Source: a virus (Duplodnaviria; Caudoviricetes). Taken from it: a stretch of DNA of 58,391 bases. Below, one piece after another: positions 26,967-37,604 of this stretch (within the stretch, counting starts at the first letter, position 1; every line of letters begins with the position of its first letter). Under the pieces are notes generated by a model. That model ran no database searches. It was not told the DNA's origin and worked only from the letters and a program-made list of their open reading frames with translations. The translations under genes were made by a program, and so were the position numbers. The DNA is taken from the IMG/VR virus record IMGVR_UViG_3300020580_000002, positions 1 to 58,391 of that record, one strand, 5' to 3'.

Positions 26967-27944
26967 ATGGCTGGAGTTGTGGGCACGGGAGTTCAACAAC
27001 CTACTGCACAAATGATTAATACTTTGGACGCAATTAGTCAAAAGTATATTCACGGCGAAATCGGCGATATCGTCTTCAAGCCGTCGCCTCTCTTCTGGGC
27101 GCTCATGCGCAACGGTAAAGACATTCGTTATGGCGCTGAGTTGGTGTTCCCGCTGGTGACCGCCGAAGAAACCACCGGCGGCGCCTACTACGGCGACCAG
27201 CTCTTGAACACCACCGTAGTCGACTCAGTCATCCCAGCGAACCAAGTCTGGCGCCCTTATTACCAGAACGTCTCGCTCCCGGTGACCGACATCATCCTCG
27301 GTCGTGGCGGCAGCGCCGGTCTCGACCTCGTCGAAGTCAAGCTCGAAATCGGCGGCGCCTCGTTGCTGCAGAAGCTAGCTAGGGCAGTCTGGCATACAGC
27401 GCCGCAGAATACGGCGCTAGACGTCGACGACATCGACTCTTGGGTACGCCAGACCGCCAACGTCATCGCCGGTATCGACCGCACCGTGACCACTGCATGG
27501 CAGCCTGCCGCAAACTTCGCTGCTGGTGGCGCCCTCACCGCTGCCAACGCTGAGCTGGCATACCAGCGCGTCGTGCTGGGCTACGACGAACCCGACGTCC
27601 TAGTGCTCACCAACACCGACTTCGCCGGTTTCAAGAACAACTTCACCGGCCTCATCCGGTTCGCAAATTTGGAGCAAGACACTGAGGCGCTGCAAGCCGG
27701 ATTCCGCTACCACTTCGTTTACAACAACGCAGTAGTCATAGCCGACCCGTTCTGCCCAGCAACCCAAGGCTACCTGCTCAACAGCAAATACATCTTCCCG
27801 GTATTCAACGGTAACGACTACTTCGTCATGGACCCATGGATGCAGCCTTCGAACCAGCGCGTGGTCGTGACCAAAATTTACCTGCAGTGGCAGATTTCAT
27901 GCACCTCGCCCCGCATGCAGGTAGCAATCACAGGTATGCCGTAA
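26967..27944 (+). CDS. Major capsid protein
   Basis: 325 aa; strong TAAGGAG SD; SPLF, AGIDR and GYLLNSKY patterns; position after the scaffold. Confidence 0.85.
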   Translation: MAGVVGTGVQQPTAQMINTLDAISQKYIHGEIGDIVFKPSPLFWALMRNGKDIRYGAELVFPLVTAEETTGGAYYGDQLLNTTVVDSVIPANQVWRPYYQNVSLPVTDIILGRGGSAGLDLVEVKLEIGGASLLQKLARAVWHTAPQNTALDVDDIDSWVRQTANVIAGIDRTVTTAWQPAANFAAGGALTAANAELAYQRVVLGYDEPDVLVLTNTDFAGFKNNFTGLIRFANLEQDTEALQAGFRYHFVYNNAVVIADPFCPATQGYLLNSKYIFPVFNGNDYFVMDPWMQPSNQRVVVTKIYLQWQISCTSPRMQVAITGMP

Positions 27945-27956
27945 AAGGAGACTGAC

Positions 27957-28373
27957 GTGGCAATTGTCAATACGTATCAAACCCTCTACCCCGGCTACGG
28001 CCAACCTTCAGTGTACGGCGTGAAGAACGCGGTCTCGCTGACCACCACCGGCCAGCAGACCAACACCTTCAACGCTGCCAACACACCCGGCATCGGCCAA
28101 GGCATGACCAAGGGGCTGGCCCGCGTAAAGGTGTACAACGGGGGCGGCACCTCCCCAACCGTGGCCATCATCGTCCAAGTGACCGACGGTACCAACACCT
28201 ACATCGTGGCCAACATCCCAGCGACGGCCGTAGCTGCCCTGGCCAACAGCGGCGTCGACTTCTACATCGACTTCGGCGTCGATATCAGCTTCAACGCCAT
28301 GAGCATTCTGACCACGCTAGGCGGCACCACCCCCACCGCTTCGATGGACGCCGAGCTGGTCACCGGGCCTTGA
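27957..28373 (+). CDS. Capsid decoration or minor virion protein
   Basis: Beta-rich; directly after the capsid gene with AAGGAG SD. Confidence 0.6.
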   Translation: MAIVNTYQTLYPGYGQPSVYGVKNAVSLTTTGQQTNTFNAANTPGIGQGMTKGLARVKVYNGGGTSPTVAIIVQVTDGTNTYIVANIPATAVAALANSGVDFYIDFGVDISFNAMSILTTLGGTTPTASMDAELVTGP

Positions 28374-28385
28374 TGACGAAAACAT

Positions 28386-28492
28386 TCACCGTGCTTGCAC
28401 GCGGTGAATAGGCACAGCGGGATGGCGGTCTCGCTGTTGTTCCTCCTGAGTGGCGGGGCCGGGCAGTCTGCCCTGTCCCGCCATTCGTATTT
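28386..28492 (+). terminator. Three tandem hairpins after the capsid genes; the last is terminator-like
   Basis: TTCACCG/CGGTGAA; ACAGCGGGA/TCTCGCTGT; TGGCGGG..CCCGCCA followed by TTCGTATTT. Confidence 0.5.
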
Positions 28493-28503
28493 GTGGAGCA
28501 AAC

Positions 28504-29736
28504 ATGCTAGTCGGCGATCTGGTGATGGAAGTTCGCGAATTGATAACCGACGTGCCGCAGGCCATTGGCACGCCTTCGGCGAGCGCTATTCCTGTCAACG
28601 TCGGCTCTGGCTCCATGACCATCAATTCCTACTTCGTCCAGGTCACCGCCTTCACCGTATGGGGCGAATCTTCCCCATCTGCTGAAGCCACTGTCGTAAT
28701 CGCTCCCAACCAGTCTATCCAAATCACTGTTAGCTCTCCTGTTGCGCCCATCGTCACTAAGTACCGCGCCTACGTGACGCAGCCTGGAGGACCTAGCGGT
28801 AGCGAACAACTATATGCCGAAAGCCTCACGCCAGCCTTCACCTTGGTCGGCAACCCAACCATCTACGGCCAGCCACCTATTCACTCCAGCGCCTACCTGC
28901 CCGACTCCGACGGCGGTGCCTTCTCGGCAGGTAGCTTATTCAGGTGGCTCAGTCAGGGTCTTACCGAATGCTCCCGCATCGCTGGCGGCATCATGGACTA
29001 CACCGGCGTCGCCAGCGTCGTCGGCCAGCCCCTCTACACCATGCCCGGCGAATGGCAATCCTTTAGCGATGTCTGGTACGACGGTTATCCCCTTGGCATG
29101 ACCGGCCGCAACGCCATGTTTCGCCGTAACGCAGTGCTCTCTAGTGTCCTTGGCGCCATCACCTGCTCGGTACGCGACAACCGCGTCATCGTCGAAGTCT
29201 GGCCTCAGCCCGCTAGGTCTGCCGCAGTGACCACCACTACCGCACCCATCGGCATCACCGACACGGTAATCCCCATCGCCTCGTCGGGCGGCTTCGTCCT
29301 GCCGTTCGGCTTCGCCCAGGTCGGCACTGAAGTGGTTAGCTACTCATCTCTCGCGCCCGCCCTATCAGGCTGCGTACGCGGCCTCTCGGGCGGCGTCGCT
29401 TCAGCCTGGCCCAGCGGCACCACCGTCCAAGAACTCAATTTGTTCATGAATGGCAAGCGCATATTCACCATCCCCTATGTACCGGGCCAGAGCGCCACGG
29501 TGATACCAGTACCAGCCGGTTGGGACGAACTGCTCGTCAACTTCATGCTTAGCAAGGCCAAGCAGGCCGAGCAAGACTTTCAAGAGAGTGCCAGGTTGCG
29601 TAAGGTGTTCGATGAGCAGATAACAGGCTGGGCACGCACCAACCGCCAGCTCGCCGGTCCGCGCCAGGTAACTTTGCGCGACGAAGAGTACTCTATCTCT
29701 AATCCGCACCCGTTTGGTGGGACGGTGATAAACTAA
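28504..29736 (+). CDS. Head-tail adaptor-like virion protein with beta-sandwich insertions
   Basis: ATG at 28504 after GGAG; VWPQP and C-terminal helix (LSKAKQAEQD) typical of adaptors. Confidence 0.6.
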   Translation: MLVGDLVMEVRELITDVPQAIGTPSASAIPVNVGSGSMTINSYFVQVTAFTVWGESSPSAEATVVIAPNQSIQITVSSPVAPIVTKYRAYVTQPGGPSGSEQLYAESLTPAFTLVGNPTIYGQPPIHSSAYLPDSDGGAFSAGSLFRWLSQGLTECSRIAGGIMDYTGVASVVGQPLYTMPGEWQSFSDVWYDGYPLGMTGRNAMFRRNAVLSSVLGAITCSVRDNRVIVEVWPQPARSAAVTTTTAPIGITDTVIPIASSGGFVLPFGFAQVGTEVVSYSSLAPALSGCVRGLSGGVASAWPSGTTVQELNLFMNGKRIFTIPYVPGQSATVIPVPAGWDELLVNFMLSKAKQAEQDFQESARLRKVFDEQITGWARTNRQLAGPRQVTLRDEEYSISNPHPFGGTVIN

Positions 29737-29738
29737 CC

Positions 29739-32366
29739 ATGCCAGTCAAAGTACTCAACCAAAAGTCGTTCTTCAAAGGGCTGAACGCCAGTGTCGCCGA
29801 CACTTCGCAGCCCAAGGGAGCGCTAGCGCGCATCTCCAACCTGCAATACTTCATTCGCGGCTCGCTGCGCGTCATCGACGGGAACCTGGGGTTCGCAACC
29901 TTGAACGGCACCGGTCCCAACACTCAGCAGGGTCTGTTCATGGACGTGGTGTTGTACCAATTCTCGAACGCCATCAAGTACTACTTGGCGCTCCAGAAAG
30001 ACCTCACTACTCAGCTTTCTGCGCCTTCTACCCTGGCTGCGGTAGATGGCGGTGCAGGTGGCACCTTAGCAGCAGGCACCTATTTTTATAAAGTGACTGC
30101 CCTCGACGGCGCAGGTGGCGAAACTACCGCTTCGAACGAAGCGAGCGTAGCTGTTGCCGTTAACCATAAGATTAACTTAACCTGGACTGCCGTAACGAAC
30201 GCTACTGGCTACAACGTTTATCGCGGCACCGCGACCAACACTGAGCTATTACTTATCGGTACTGGCCTACCCACGCTAACCAACTCCTTTACTGACGACG
30301 GTTCGTTCACCACTTTCGCGGCTGTATACAACTTAGCTGCCGCACCAAGCGGTGCATCAGTCTTCGTAGTAGCCCTCCCACCCAGCGCTCAGCGTAATTT
30401 CTGGAACTTCACCACTACCGTAGCACCAGCCGCTGCTCACGTCGGCAGCAGCTTCACCATCGCAGGGTGCACCCCTGCCGTGTTCAACGGTACGTACAAC
30501 GCCACATCCGTGGTAGGAAACACGGTGACGGCAACCACCTTGACAGCATTCGGATTTGTGTTTAGCGGCACCACTGGTGGTGGCGGCACCTTGACTGTTA
30601 ACGCTCCCCCTCCTCCAGTCGTCAATACTACGCAGACAGTGGCCTTGCTAAAGATCACCAACAGCGGCAGCTACACTAAACCAGGCAGCATCCTCGCGTC
30701 CTTCCCTGCCGACAATATCCCCGTCGAGGACGGCACTGGAGGAGGCAGCGGTGGCGGCAGTTCAGGTGGGGGAGGCGTTGGCGGCGGAGGCACAACCGGA
30801 GGTGGCGCCGCTGCAGGAGGCGTCGTCGGCAACACGTCACCTACGCCCATGATGGTACCTTTCGTAAAGGAAGAAATCCTCGCACTAGGCAATGGTTACC
30901 CTCCTCAACAGTGGAACAACTCAACCGTTACACCCCTCGGCAACACCTTCAGCGCATCCTTCCCTGTATGGGCCAGTGGCGTAGCGCTCATCGCCGGTAG
31001 CATCATCGTGCCCACAGCCCCTAACGGTCACCTCTACAGAGCCATCCAAGGAGGCACCACCGGCACCGTCCAGCCTACCTTCCCGACCGGCGCTGGCGCC
31101 GTTGTGTCCGAGTCCACGCCCGGTACTATTACCTGGCAAGAGGCAGGTAGTACTAGCACCCCCGCCCCACGCGGCGCTGCTCATGCTATCGTGCACGCCG
31201 GTTCGCTGTGGCTTTGGAACACCTCACCGACCACTACCACCGACCTACTCGACGGCCCCTCGTGCCTCAAAATGAGCGACGTTAACAACCCCAACTCGTG
31301 GAACCCCGTCAACACCGCGTTCGTCGGCAAAGACGACGGCCAACAAGGCATGGGCATGGCCACTTTCACCATCGCCGAGTCGGGCATCCCGCCGCAAGGT
31401 TCGCTAGTGCTGTTCAAAGAGTTCTCAACATACCAGGTCATCGGCGTCTTCGGCAGCAGCAACTTTCAAATTCAACGCGCCCAAACCGACCTCGGCTGTA
31501 CCGCCCCGCGCACCATTAAGTTTGTACCTGGGTTTGGCATCATTCGCTTGACGCACTTGGGCATCGCCGTGTTCGATGGAGTGCGAGACCGCATTATTAG
31601 CGAGGAGATTCGCCCTTACCTCTTTGGCGGCCTCAGCGATGTCGCACAACTAGACATGGCCTTTGCTTACTTCTCAAAAGCCGACATGACTGCCAACCCG
31701 CCCATGTACTGCATGGCCATTCCCGTGCTAGGTCAAGGCGGAGACGGCCGCCTCACACGCATCTTATGCTTCGACTTGGTGCTCAAAGCCTGGACCGTCG
31801 TCGACTTGCCATCTAATGGCATCAGCGCCTTCAAACAAATTTACTCCCCAGGCAGCATCCCCATCACCGTCTGGGGCGGCATGAGCGACGGCATGCTCTC
31901 GCGCTGGCAATCCGGTGACGACCAAGGCTTCAACGCCTGGACCGACCCTGCCGGTGTCGTGCACCTCGGCACCAACATCCCCATCGGCTGGCGCACCAAC
32001 AGTGCTATCCAAGAGAACCCTACCGACCGCTTGTACGTCAGGCGCGCTATCATCAAAGGCGTCATCGGCGCTACCGCCCACGCACCCATCAACGTCGGCT
32101 GCGACGTGGTCATGAACAAAATCGACCCCATCGTAAACGCGCCCCCGCTGCAGCTCATCCTCGAACCTTTGCCGTCGACAACCGACACTTCATTCGAGTA
32201 TGTTGTAGACGTGAACGCCATCGGCCTAGACTGCTATTTCAACTTCGTGGCTACGCACGTTGCGGTGCTGCCCAGCAACATTGGGCTGGCGCCCTTCATC
32301 CAGTTCGACAGCATCGACTGGCACGTCCAGCCGCGACCCGCTGGCGGTTTGGTGAGAGTGACATGA
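29739..32366 (+). CDS. Tail nozzle/stabilisation protein with FN3-like insertions
   Basis: FFKGLN N-terminus, LVLFKE, LGCTAPRTI, ISEEIRP beta-propeller-type motifs; YKVTAL..GET..SNE..ATGYNVYR FN3-like segment. Confidence 0.7.
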   Translation: MPVKVLNQKSFFKGLNASVADTSQPKGALARISNLQYFIRGSLRVIDGNLGFATLNGTGPNTQQGLFMDVVLYQFSNAIKYYLALQKDLTTQLSAPSTLAAVDGGAGGTLAAGTYFYKVTALDGAGGETTASNEASVAVAVNHKINLTWTAVTNATGYNVYRGTATNTELLLIGTGLPTLTNSFTDDGSFTTFAAVYNLAAAPSGASVFVVALPPSAQRNFWNFTTTVAPAAAHVGSSFTIAGCTPAVFNGTYNATSVVGNTVTATTLTAFGFVFSGTTGGGGTLTVNAPPPPVVNTTQTVALLKITNSGSYTKPGSILASFPADNIPVEDGTGGGSGGGSSGGGGVGGGGTTGGGAAAGGVVGNTSPTPMMVPFVKEEILALGNGYPPQQWNNSTVTPLGNTFSASFPVWASGVALIAGSIIVPTAPNGHLYRAIQGGTTGTVQPTFPTGAGAVVSESTPGTITWQEAGSTSTPAPRGAAHAIVHAGSLWLWNTSPTTTTDLLDGPSCLKMSDVNNPNSWNPVNTAFVGKDDGQQGMGMATFTIAESGIPPQGSLVLFKEFSTYQVIGVFGSSNFQIQRAQTDLGCTAPRTIKFVPGFGIIRLTHLGIAVFDGVRDRIISEEIRPYLFGGLSDVAQLDMAFAYFSKADMTANPPMYCMAIPVLGQGGDGRLTRILCFDLVLKAWTVVDLPSNGISAFKQIYSPGSIPITVWGGMSDGMLSRWQSGDDQGFNAWTDPAGVVHLGTNIPIGWRTNSAIQENPTDRLYVRRAIIKGVIGATAHAPINVGCDVVMNKIDPIVNAPPLQLILEPLPSTTDTSFEYVVDVNAIGLDCYFNFVATHVAVLPSNIGLAPFIQFDSIDWHVQPRPAGGLVRVT

Positions 32367-32749
32367 TCGTACGCAACCTCCAACCCGGTGAGCACCTGCC
32401 CAGCGTCATCATGACCGGCTTCGAGCAGATGACCTGCGACGAATCTTGGTGCTGGCACGCCATCATTGACGACGTGATCGTGGGTACGCTCATCTGCGCC
32501 CCCGCGCATGGCGCTGTTGTCCTGCTGCGCTTAGTGGTCAGCAAAGATGCCCCTGTCAACACCTTCAGGACCTTGGTACGCACCATGTTCCGCGACGTTC
32601 ACGGCCGGGGCTTTCACGGCTACATCGCGCTCATCGGCCCTCAGCGCCCTGCCGAAGGACACATGATGAAGATTTTGCGCAAAATGGGCGGCACCCAGCT
32701 CACTGAGCCAACCGTTCTCGTGTACGGCCAGTCACCGGAGTTTTACTGA
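32363..32749 (+). CDS. GNAT-fold-like virion assembly protein
   Basis: MIVRNL start, size, and position between the nozzle and internal proteins as in podoviruses. Confidence 0.5.
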   Translation: MIVRNLQPGEHLPSVIMTGFEQMTCDESWCWHAIIDDVIVGTLICAPAHGAVVLLRLVVSKDAPVNTFRTLVRTMFRDVHGRGFHGYIALIGPQRPAEGHMMKILRKMGGTQLTEPTVLVYGQSPEFY

Positions 32750-33237
32750 TGCCAGCAGCCATACCTATCATCATCGCAGCCATCAGCGCGGCCTCGCTTG
32801 GCGAGGGTATTTACGCACAAGTAAATAAGCCCTCAGCCCCTAAGCCACCAACGCCGCAGCAGCTAGCCGCACAGAACCAGCTCAACCCTGCGCAGCTCGC
32901 GAACGCGGTACGCAGCGCCAAGGGCGACGTGCAGTCTCAGACCGGCGGTGGCGTCTCACCTGACTACCTTTCGCAGTTGATACAATCCCAATACGGCTCC
33001 AGCGCAGGTAACCCAGGTGTCGTAGGTCAACAAAGCGCGAGCCAATGGTCCGGCCAGAGCTTCGGCACCGGTGGCGGCTCAGGCCAGCCCGGTGGCTCCA
33101 GCTTCGGGGCAGGTGCGCTCCCCTTTGGTAACGCTTCGTCAGGCGGCTTGGGCAGCAGCGGCCTCTCTACACCAAGCTCCTCAACGGGCTTCAACATCAG
33201 CGACTGGCTGCAGCAAATGCAGGGACAGGCGGCTTGA
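32749..33237 (+). CDS. Internal virion/ejection protein (small)
   Basis: Hydrophobic N-terminus; G/S/Q-rich. Confidence 0.55.
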   Translation: MPAAIPIIIAAISAASLGEGIYAQVNKPSAPKPPTPQQLAAQNQLNPAQLANAVRSAKGDVQSQTGGGVSPDYLSQLIQSQYGSSAGNPGVVGQQSASQWSGQSFGTGGGSGQPGGSSFGAGALPFGNASSGGLGSSGLSTPSSSTGFNISDWLQQMQGQAA

Positions 33238-33238
33238 C

Positions 33239-33838
33239 ATGGAAGCACTCTCAGGAATCGTCAACAGCATCGGCGGCTTCATGGGCGGCACGGGCGGCAA
33301 AGCCATTGGTGGCATCGGCATGGTCGACCAGTTCATCAACAACTGGCTCGCACAGCGCAAGCAGAACGACTACATCAACCAGCAGCTCAAGTACCAGAAG
33401 AACCCGAAGCTCGCGACCAACGAAATCACCGGTATGACGCAACCCCTCGACCAGAACCTGACTGCTGCTGTGTCCAACCAAGTACAAGGCAACCTTGGCG
33501 CACAAGGTCTCGCTGAGTCTCCAAATATCATGGCCACCGTGCTCGCGCAGGCGCTGGCCCCTTACAACCAGCAGAATCAGCAGTACGCGCAGCAACTATG
33601 GCAATCTATCCACGGCCAGCCACCTCCATTCCCGCAACCTGCGAACATGACACCGCTATGGTCCATGCTGATGCGCGGTTCTGGCGGTGGTAGTGGTGGT
33701 GGAGGTAGTGACTTTAGCGGCCCCGGTGACTTCATGAACGTGTTGTTCCCTGGCGGTGGAGGGGGCGGCAGTGACGCATCAACCGGCGCTGGTGACCTCT
33801 TCAACTGGGGCCTTAGCGACGGACAGGCGGCAGCGTAA
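33239..33838 (+). CDS. Internal virion/ejection protein
   Basis: ATG at 33239; G/Q/N-rich. Confidence 0.55.
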   Translation: MEALSGIVNSIGGFMGGTGGKAIGGIGMVDQFINNWLAQRKQNDYINQQLKYQKNPKLATNEITGMTQPLDQNLTAAVSNQVQGNLGAQGLAESPNIMATVLAQALAPYNQQNQQYAQQLWQSIHGQPPPFPQPANMTPLWSMLMRGSGGGSGGGGSDFSGPGDFMNVLFPGGGGGGSDASTGAGDLFNWGLSDGQAAA

Positions 33839-34701
33839 TGGGACTCAGCTTCGCACAAACGCTTGGCAGTGCACTGCAATCGCGAGAAGACGCGCGCACC
33901 AAGCAGCTCACTGAGCAACAGACTGCTCAAGAGCTAAAACTACGCCAAGACCAGCTCGCGAAGACTCTGCAGATGGAGCAGATTCGCCTACAGCTCGACA
34001 AGGCGCGCCAGGCCACTGAAGAAGGCCGCTACGCTGCCGAACAAGAGCGGCTCAAAACAGCAGGCTGGAGCAAGGTCGGCCAGGACTACCAAAACGCTGA
34101 CGGTACCTGGACCACTGTCTGGTACAATCCCTCAACAGGCGAGACACGCGAGAAAAAGTTCGGCACGCCCAAGGCCGTTAGCATACAGGACACAAAGGGT
34201 GACCAAGCGCTCGACCTGGAGAAACTGCGCAACAGAGACAAGCTCGAACAGATAGCCGCCAACGGCCGCTGGCACACCAAATGGGCCGAGATTTCTGCCC
34301 AAGGCAAGCTCAAAAAAGAAGACTGGCAAGCGCTGCGCACCGACCCTGGCTATATCAAGTCCATCAGCGAGATGAAAGCCAACCTCGCCAACCGCAACAA
34401 CATTCTCGCACGCATGTACAGCACTACCAACCCGCCGACACCTGAGCAGTTCACACAACTTAATAAGCAGCTCACTGAAGTCGACACCCAGCTTGAGCAG
34501 GCGTCCCAGGCCGCTGAGCAGGTCCGCAACCGCGTCCGCTTCGGCGCATCAAAGCCCGGCTTCAGCGACACCGTTAGCAACCTGAAAGACATGGTCGGCG
34601 CAGGCGTCGGTCCACCTCGCCCTCCCGGCACGCCTAACAACTTTATCTACCGCAAGAATGGCAGCAAAGGTGAAGGCTGGTACGCACCAGGTACTAACTA
34701 A
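33838..34701 (+). CDS. Internal virion/ejection protein (coiled coil)
   Basis: Q/E/K-rich helices; TAATG coupling. Confidence 0.6.
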   Translation: MGLSFAQTLGSALQSREDARTKQLTEQQTAQELKLRQDQLAKTLQMEQIRLQLDKARQATEEGRYAAEQERLKTAGWSKVGQDYQNADGTWTTVWYNPSTGETREKKFGTPKAVSIQDTKGDQALDLEKLRNRDKLEQIAANGRWHTKWAEISAQGKLKKEDWQALRTDPGYIKSISEMKANLANRNNILARMYSTTNPPTPEQFTQLNKQLTEVDTQLEQASQAAEQVRNRVRFGASKPGFSDTVSNLKDMVGAGVGPPRPPGTPNNFIYRKNGSKGEGWYAPGTN

Positions 34702-37271
34702 TGGCTGAAGATACACCAACATTCATTCCTGCGCAGCCTGACTTTATACCTGCGCAGAAGACGCCTGACTTCATACCGGTCGAGAAAGCTGCTGCACCTG
34801 ACCAAGAAGGGCTGGCGCACAAAGTCTGGTCGCGCTTGTGGGAACCGGTGAAGGCTGAGGAGTACGAGAAATATGCCTACGGCATCCGTCCTGGCGACCC
34901 CCTCAAAGACTATCAGCAATTCGAGATGGAACGCGCACGTGGCCAACATACTGGCCAGCCCAACCCTTACGAAGCAGGCTCGAAATGGGCAGGAAGCCTA
35001 GCAACGGTCGACCGCGCTGGCCTGAAAACTATTAGCGACTTCTTCTCACCAGGCCAGTGGGCTATGCGCTTCACCGGTCCTGTTGGTGTTGCTGCAGGAG
35101 CCGGTTACACCACTATGCAGGCTCACGACATCTACACCAACTGGGAGCACATGTCTCCTCTTGAGAAGTTCGCAAGTGTTGCCGGGTTAACTGGTGGCAC
35201 CGTTATGACTGCTCACGGTATCGCTACCACTAAGCCCCTCGCCATCAAACGCTCCACCGAGCCTGCGCTCCACGAAAAGCTCGCTTACAAATACAACGTC
35301 ACTCCCGAAGGCGAGATGCACGGATTGTACATGTTCCGCGACCCCGTCACCGGGGGCTCCATTTATCTGCGTAAAACAGAGTTCGAGGGCAACCGCGTCG
35401 CTGCCGAGCGAGCCATGCGCGAGAAAGTGCAGACTCACCGTTCAACCATCGGTGAACCAGCCGCCAACGAAGACCCTATGATCGCCGCCCGTCGCGCCTC
35501 GTCACAAGCCCGCAACGAAGCCTGGCGCAAAGAGCACCTCGACAAACAAAAGGGCGTCAACTTTTTCAAACACTACTTCAGCAACCCTGCGCAAGCCATG
35601 CGCGAGAGCGGCGTCCCTGAGGTTGAAGCGGTCGGTGAACACATCTCCAAGGCCGAGGCGCAAAAGAACATCTGGGTCGGCGCCGCCCTGCGCCAAGTCG
35701 AGACCGCCATCGAAGGTCTCAACAGCAAGAGCGTACGCCACGTCGGCGAAATTCTCGACCGCTGGGCATTGCCACACCAGGCTCTAGGCCAGCCCTCAAC
35801 ACGCACCGGCGAAATGTTCTCGCAACAAGAAGTCGCTGCAGCCATTCACACGCGCATCCAGTTACTGAAAATTTGGGAACAGCTTTATGCTGCATCAGGC
35901 CGCACCCCTGGCTCCTTCAGACTGGGCTTCATCCAGAACTACCTACCGCACCTAGAGAGCCTCGCCGCTGGTGGCCAAAACCGCATCATTGCTTCGCTGC
36001 GCTACGAAGCCAGCCAGTTGCCAGCAGCCAAGATTGCTGCCCTTGGCTCCAGCGAGCGCTTCGAAGGCGGTACCCCGACCAACCGCGTGGTCACCGAACC
36101 GACCGTCACCGAACGGGGGCGCTCATTTTCACAGTTTTTGCTACGCAGGGGCCGCCGCATCCCCGACGCCGACCTCGAATACGACATCCGCAAGCTCATG
36201 CCTCGCTACCTGCGCGCTGCTGGTAAGGTGCTATTCGACCGCCCTGCCGTGCTCGCATCAGAGGAGAGCATCAAAGGCATGCCCGCCAACGACACGTGGC
36301 GTCAGTTCGCCGACGCCTACCTGGACAGCTACACTAATAAAAGCGACATGACCAAGTGGGCACGCAAGTCGCGCGAGTTGGGCCGTTCACTAGCCACTGC
36401 TGCCACGCGCACCCTTTTGTTCATGAACCCCAAGCTGCAGACTTTGCACCTTGGCCGCTTGGCATTGAATGCGTTTCCTGAAATGGAAGCGCCATACTTC
36501 AAAAAGGGCCTCCTTGAAGTCGCCACGCACCCCTTCGAAAGCTACCGGCGCGCCCTTGACGCAGGCATTCTGCCCCAGTCCGTGCCAGCCCGCTTCCTCA
36601 CCACCCGCGAAAAGTTTGACCTGGTCGGCAACTACCTCGGCGCCGCTGACTTCATCGACCGCTCCGTGGTATTCGAAGGGCAGCGCCAAAAGTACCTCGA
36701 CGCAGGCATGCCCCCCGACCAAGCCAACTGGCGCGCCGCCCGTGACAGCGCACGCATCAGCTTCCTGTCCAGCCCGGCCAACACACCACTGGCCTTCAAA
36801 CAAGGCAGCGGCTGGCGCGATGCCGTCAGCAGCATGGCGCTCCAGTACAAACACATCCCCTCTTCGATTGTGTACCAATACGCTAAAATAGCAGCCAACA
36901 TCGGCAACGACCCCGCCAAAGCGGCCAAGCTTGTCAGCGCTCTCACCACTGCTATCATCCTGCAGCACTATAGCGGCCTGCGCTTGACGCACCTCTCGCC
37001 ATCTATCCTGAACATCCAAGCAGCCGTCACTTCGCTCGCCAAGAGCATCGTCACCCAGCTCCAAGCAGCCACCAAGTGGTACCTTGCCGGTAACATGCAG
37101 CGCTTCAAGCACCACATCAAAAGCGCCGCTGAAGACACCATCTATCTACTGGCGCCAGGCGGGGGGACAATGCGCCAGGCCGAGCGCTACGGACCTTGGT
37201 CCATCATCCGCGAACCAAGTGAAGAAGAGAAAAAGCGCCGCGACCGCGAGTATCGTCAGCAGCACCGTTAG
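34701..37271 (+). CDS. Large internal virion/ejection protein
   Basis: 856 aa, helical; N-terminal (P)DFIP repeats; QNYLPH motif. Confidence 0.65.
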   Translation: MAEDTPTFIPAQPDFIPAQKTPDFIPVEKAAAPDQEGLAHKVWSRLWEPVKAEEYEKYAYGIRPGDPLKDYQQFEMERARGQHTGQPNPYEAGSKWAGSLATVDRAGLKTISDFFSPGQWAMRFTGPVGVAAGAGYTTMQAHDIYTNWEHMSPLEKFASVAGLTGGTVMTAHGIATTKPLAIKRSTEPALHEKLAYKYNVTPEGEMHGLYMFRDPVTGGSIYLRKTEFEGNRVAAERAMREKVQTHRSTIGEPAANEDPMIAARRASSQARNEAWRKEHLDKQKGVNFFKHYFSNPAQAMRESGVPEVEAVGEHISKAEAQKNIWVGAALRQVETAIEGLNSKSVRHVGEILDRWALPHQALGQPSTRTGEMFSQQEVAAAIHTRIQLLKIWEQLYAASGRTPGSFRLGFIQNYLPHLESLAAGGQNRIIASLRYEASQLPAAKIAALGSSERFEGGTPTNRVVTEPTVTERGRSFSQFLLRRGRRIPDADLEYDIRKLMPRYLRAAGKVLFDRPAVLASEESIKGMPANDTWRQFADAYLDSYTNKSDMTKWARKSRELGRSLATAATRTLLFMNPKLQTLHLGRLALNAFPEMEAPYFKKGLLEVATHPFESYRRALDAGILPQSVPARFLTTREKFDLVGNYLGAADFIDRSVVFEGQRQKYLDAGMPPDQANWRAARDSARISFLSSPANTPLAFKQGSGWRDAVSSMALQYKHIPSSIVYQYAKIAANIGNDPAKAAKLVSALTTAIILQHYSGLRLTHLSPSILNIQAAVTSLAKSIVTQLQAATKWYLAGNMQRFKHHIKSAAEDTIYLLAPGGGTMRQAERYGPWSIIREPSEEEKKRRDREYRQQHR

Positions 37272-37279
37272 GAGGTATT

Positions 37280-37420
37280 ATGGCCCGAGCAGACCACTCA
37301 GCAGGCGACGACATCCTCGACATGGAAGCCGCCAAGCAGCAAAACGCAGGTACGCTCATGCGCAAAGGCAAACGCGGCGCCAAGAAGCGCGGGCGTAAAC
37401 GAGGTAAGGCACGTGGCTAG
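37280..37420 (+). CDS. 46-aa peptide with K/R/G tail (absent from the ORF track)
   Basis: AGGAGGT SD; MARADHSAGDDILDMEAAKQQNAGTLMRKGKRGAKKRGRKRGKARG. Confidence 0.7.
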   Translation: MARADHSAGDDILDMEAAKQQNAGTLMRKGKRGAKKRGRKRGKARG

Positions 37421-37604
37421 AAAGCGCAAACGCACCTCATCGCAGCGCATCGGTGAAAAAATCAGCTACCTGCGTCACGAAGGTGTGCCGCAAAAGGAAG
37501 CGGTCGGCCAGGCCATGGGCATGGAAAGAAGTGGCAGGCTGGGCAGACATGGCGTATATCATAGAGTAGGCCGCAAACGCCGCAAAGGGAGTCACCGTGC
37601 CTGA
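37413..37604 (+). CDS. Small Arg-rich protein
   Basis: KISYLRHEG.PQKEAV..A pattern; very basic ends. Confidence 0.7.
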   Translation: MARKRKRTSSQRIGEKISYLRHEGVPQKEAVGQAMGMERSGRLGRHGVYHRVGRKRRKGSHRA